The notes under the pieces: model-generated
The model's input: only the letters and a program-made list of their open reading frames with translations
Databases searched by the model: none
What the model was told of the DNA's origin: nothing
In this document: in pieces, positions 63,063 through 64,000 of the stretch
How positions within the stretch are numbered: the first letter of the stretch is position 1
Layout: the number at the start of each line of letters is the position of its first letter
Position numbers and translations under genes: made by a program
Source: Azolla caroliniana
Taxonomy: Eukaryota > Plantae > Polypodiophyta
Assembly (NCBI GenBank): GCA_043228905.1
Contig: JBHGNT010000013.1
Coordinates: forward strand, 7,378,001 to 7,442,000
Length of the DNA stretch: 64,000 nt
Direction: 5' to 3'

Positions 63063-64000
63063 AAGATCCTAGAGAGGTTCAACATGTCGGAAGCAAAGGC
63101 GGTGGCCAACTGCAAGTTAAATCCTAAGCAATGCCCGAGAGGGGAGAAAAAAAGGGCTGAGATGAAGAAAGTACCATATGCCTCAGCCAAGCATAGCTTT
63201 TGCTATGGGAATAGTAAGCCGATACATGAGTAATCTGGGAAGAGAATACTTGGCAGCGGTAAAGTGGATACTCAGGTACTTAAAAAGCACCTCGGGGGTA
63301 TGCCTAAGGTATGGTGTCGGAAAAACAATGATTGAAGGGATTACTGACTCGGACATGTCGGGGGATGTAGACTCAAGCAGATCCACATCATGGTACATGA
63401 TGACCTATGCAGGGGGAACCGTGTCGAGGCAGTCACGACTGCAGAAGTTTGTGGCCTTGTCGACCACATAGTCAAAGTATATGGCAGCGGTAGAGGTCTT
63501 CAAGGAGCTGATTTGGATGAAGAGTTTCCTCAGTAACACGGGGTGAATCAAGATGAATTATTGCGCCACTATGATAATTAGATTTCCATACATCTTGCAA
63601 AGAATGTTGCATACCACTCTCGGATCAAGCATATACAAATGATGTATCATTCGTTGCAAGACAAGGTAGATGAAGGAGAGTTTTCCCTCATAAAGATCCA
63701 TACCGACGATAATGGATTCGACATGCTCACGAAGAACCTACAAATGGACAGAATCATAGTCTGTCGACAGAAGACAGGACTGATCAACTCCCATCCACTA
63801 AAGTGAAGGGGGAGTTCGTTAAGAATATGTCCCTCTAGTTGGAGGAGCCAACTGTTTGGGTCGAGTGCCAATGGTTGAGTCGACTATGAGAGTGAGCTGG
63901 GTGAGTCCACAGGAAGGAGATCCAGCTCGAAGACACGACCGACTAGTCGGGCCGACCGGATGGTCAATGACCAGACCGACTAGTCGGATCGACTGGATAG
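63063..64000 (+). mobile_element. Copia remnant H: RT end, RNase H, PPT and start of the 3' LTR (~63817)
   Basis: AVKWILRYLK, TDSD and ALSTT motifs; PPT GAAGGGGGAG at ~63805-63814. Confidence 0.88.

Overview
This window is plant heterochromatin made entirely of nested LTR retrotransposons; I find no host gene, rRNA or intact tRNA gene. Target-site duplications (TSDs) and rejoined reading frames give one insertion tree. A Copia remnant H (63063-64000) hosts a minus-strand Gypsy G (5' LTR 62593-63062; fragments traceable to 6353). G hosts five insertions: (i) a family-B LTR end (6260-6352) carrying Gypsy A (1-6259); (ii) Copia C0 (7111-36431, TSD GTCCG); (iii) Gypsy B2 (37206-49727), carrying a Tcn1-like chromovirus T (37318-42954); (iv) Gypsy E (51372-60383); (v) a solo LTR (61630-62233). 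C0 carries a solo LTR, a truncated element I and Gypsy D (10428-32664). D in turn carries intact Copia C1 (12392-17674), deleted Gypsy B1 (19091-23073) and Copia C2 (24911-30442). The lineage mix suggests a non-seed land plant (inference only). The top finding is that the related Gypsy elements D and E have no polypurine tract (PPT) next to the 3' LTR. In its place is a sense-orientation tRNA-Arg-like 3' end (T-arm-like stem ... GGCGTGCCA) exactly 2 nt before the LTR, in addition to a 5' tRNA-Arg-type primer-binding site (PBS). This suggests plus-strand priming by a second tRNA or a tRNA mimic. Other findings: family A/B has 4-bp CG-centred target sites, a tRNA-Trp PBS and a post-protease frameshift pseudoknot; two unrelated LTRs carry antisense tRNA-like Pol III boxes; T appears self-priming. 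Coordinates were read by eye and may be off by a few bases. tRNA identities rest on remembered plant tRNA 3' ends and need checking.
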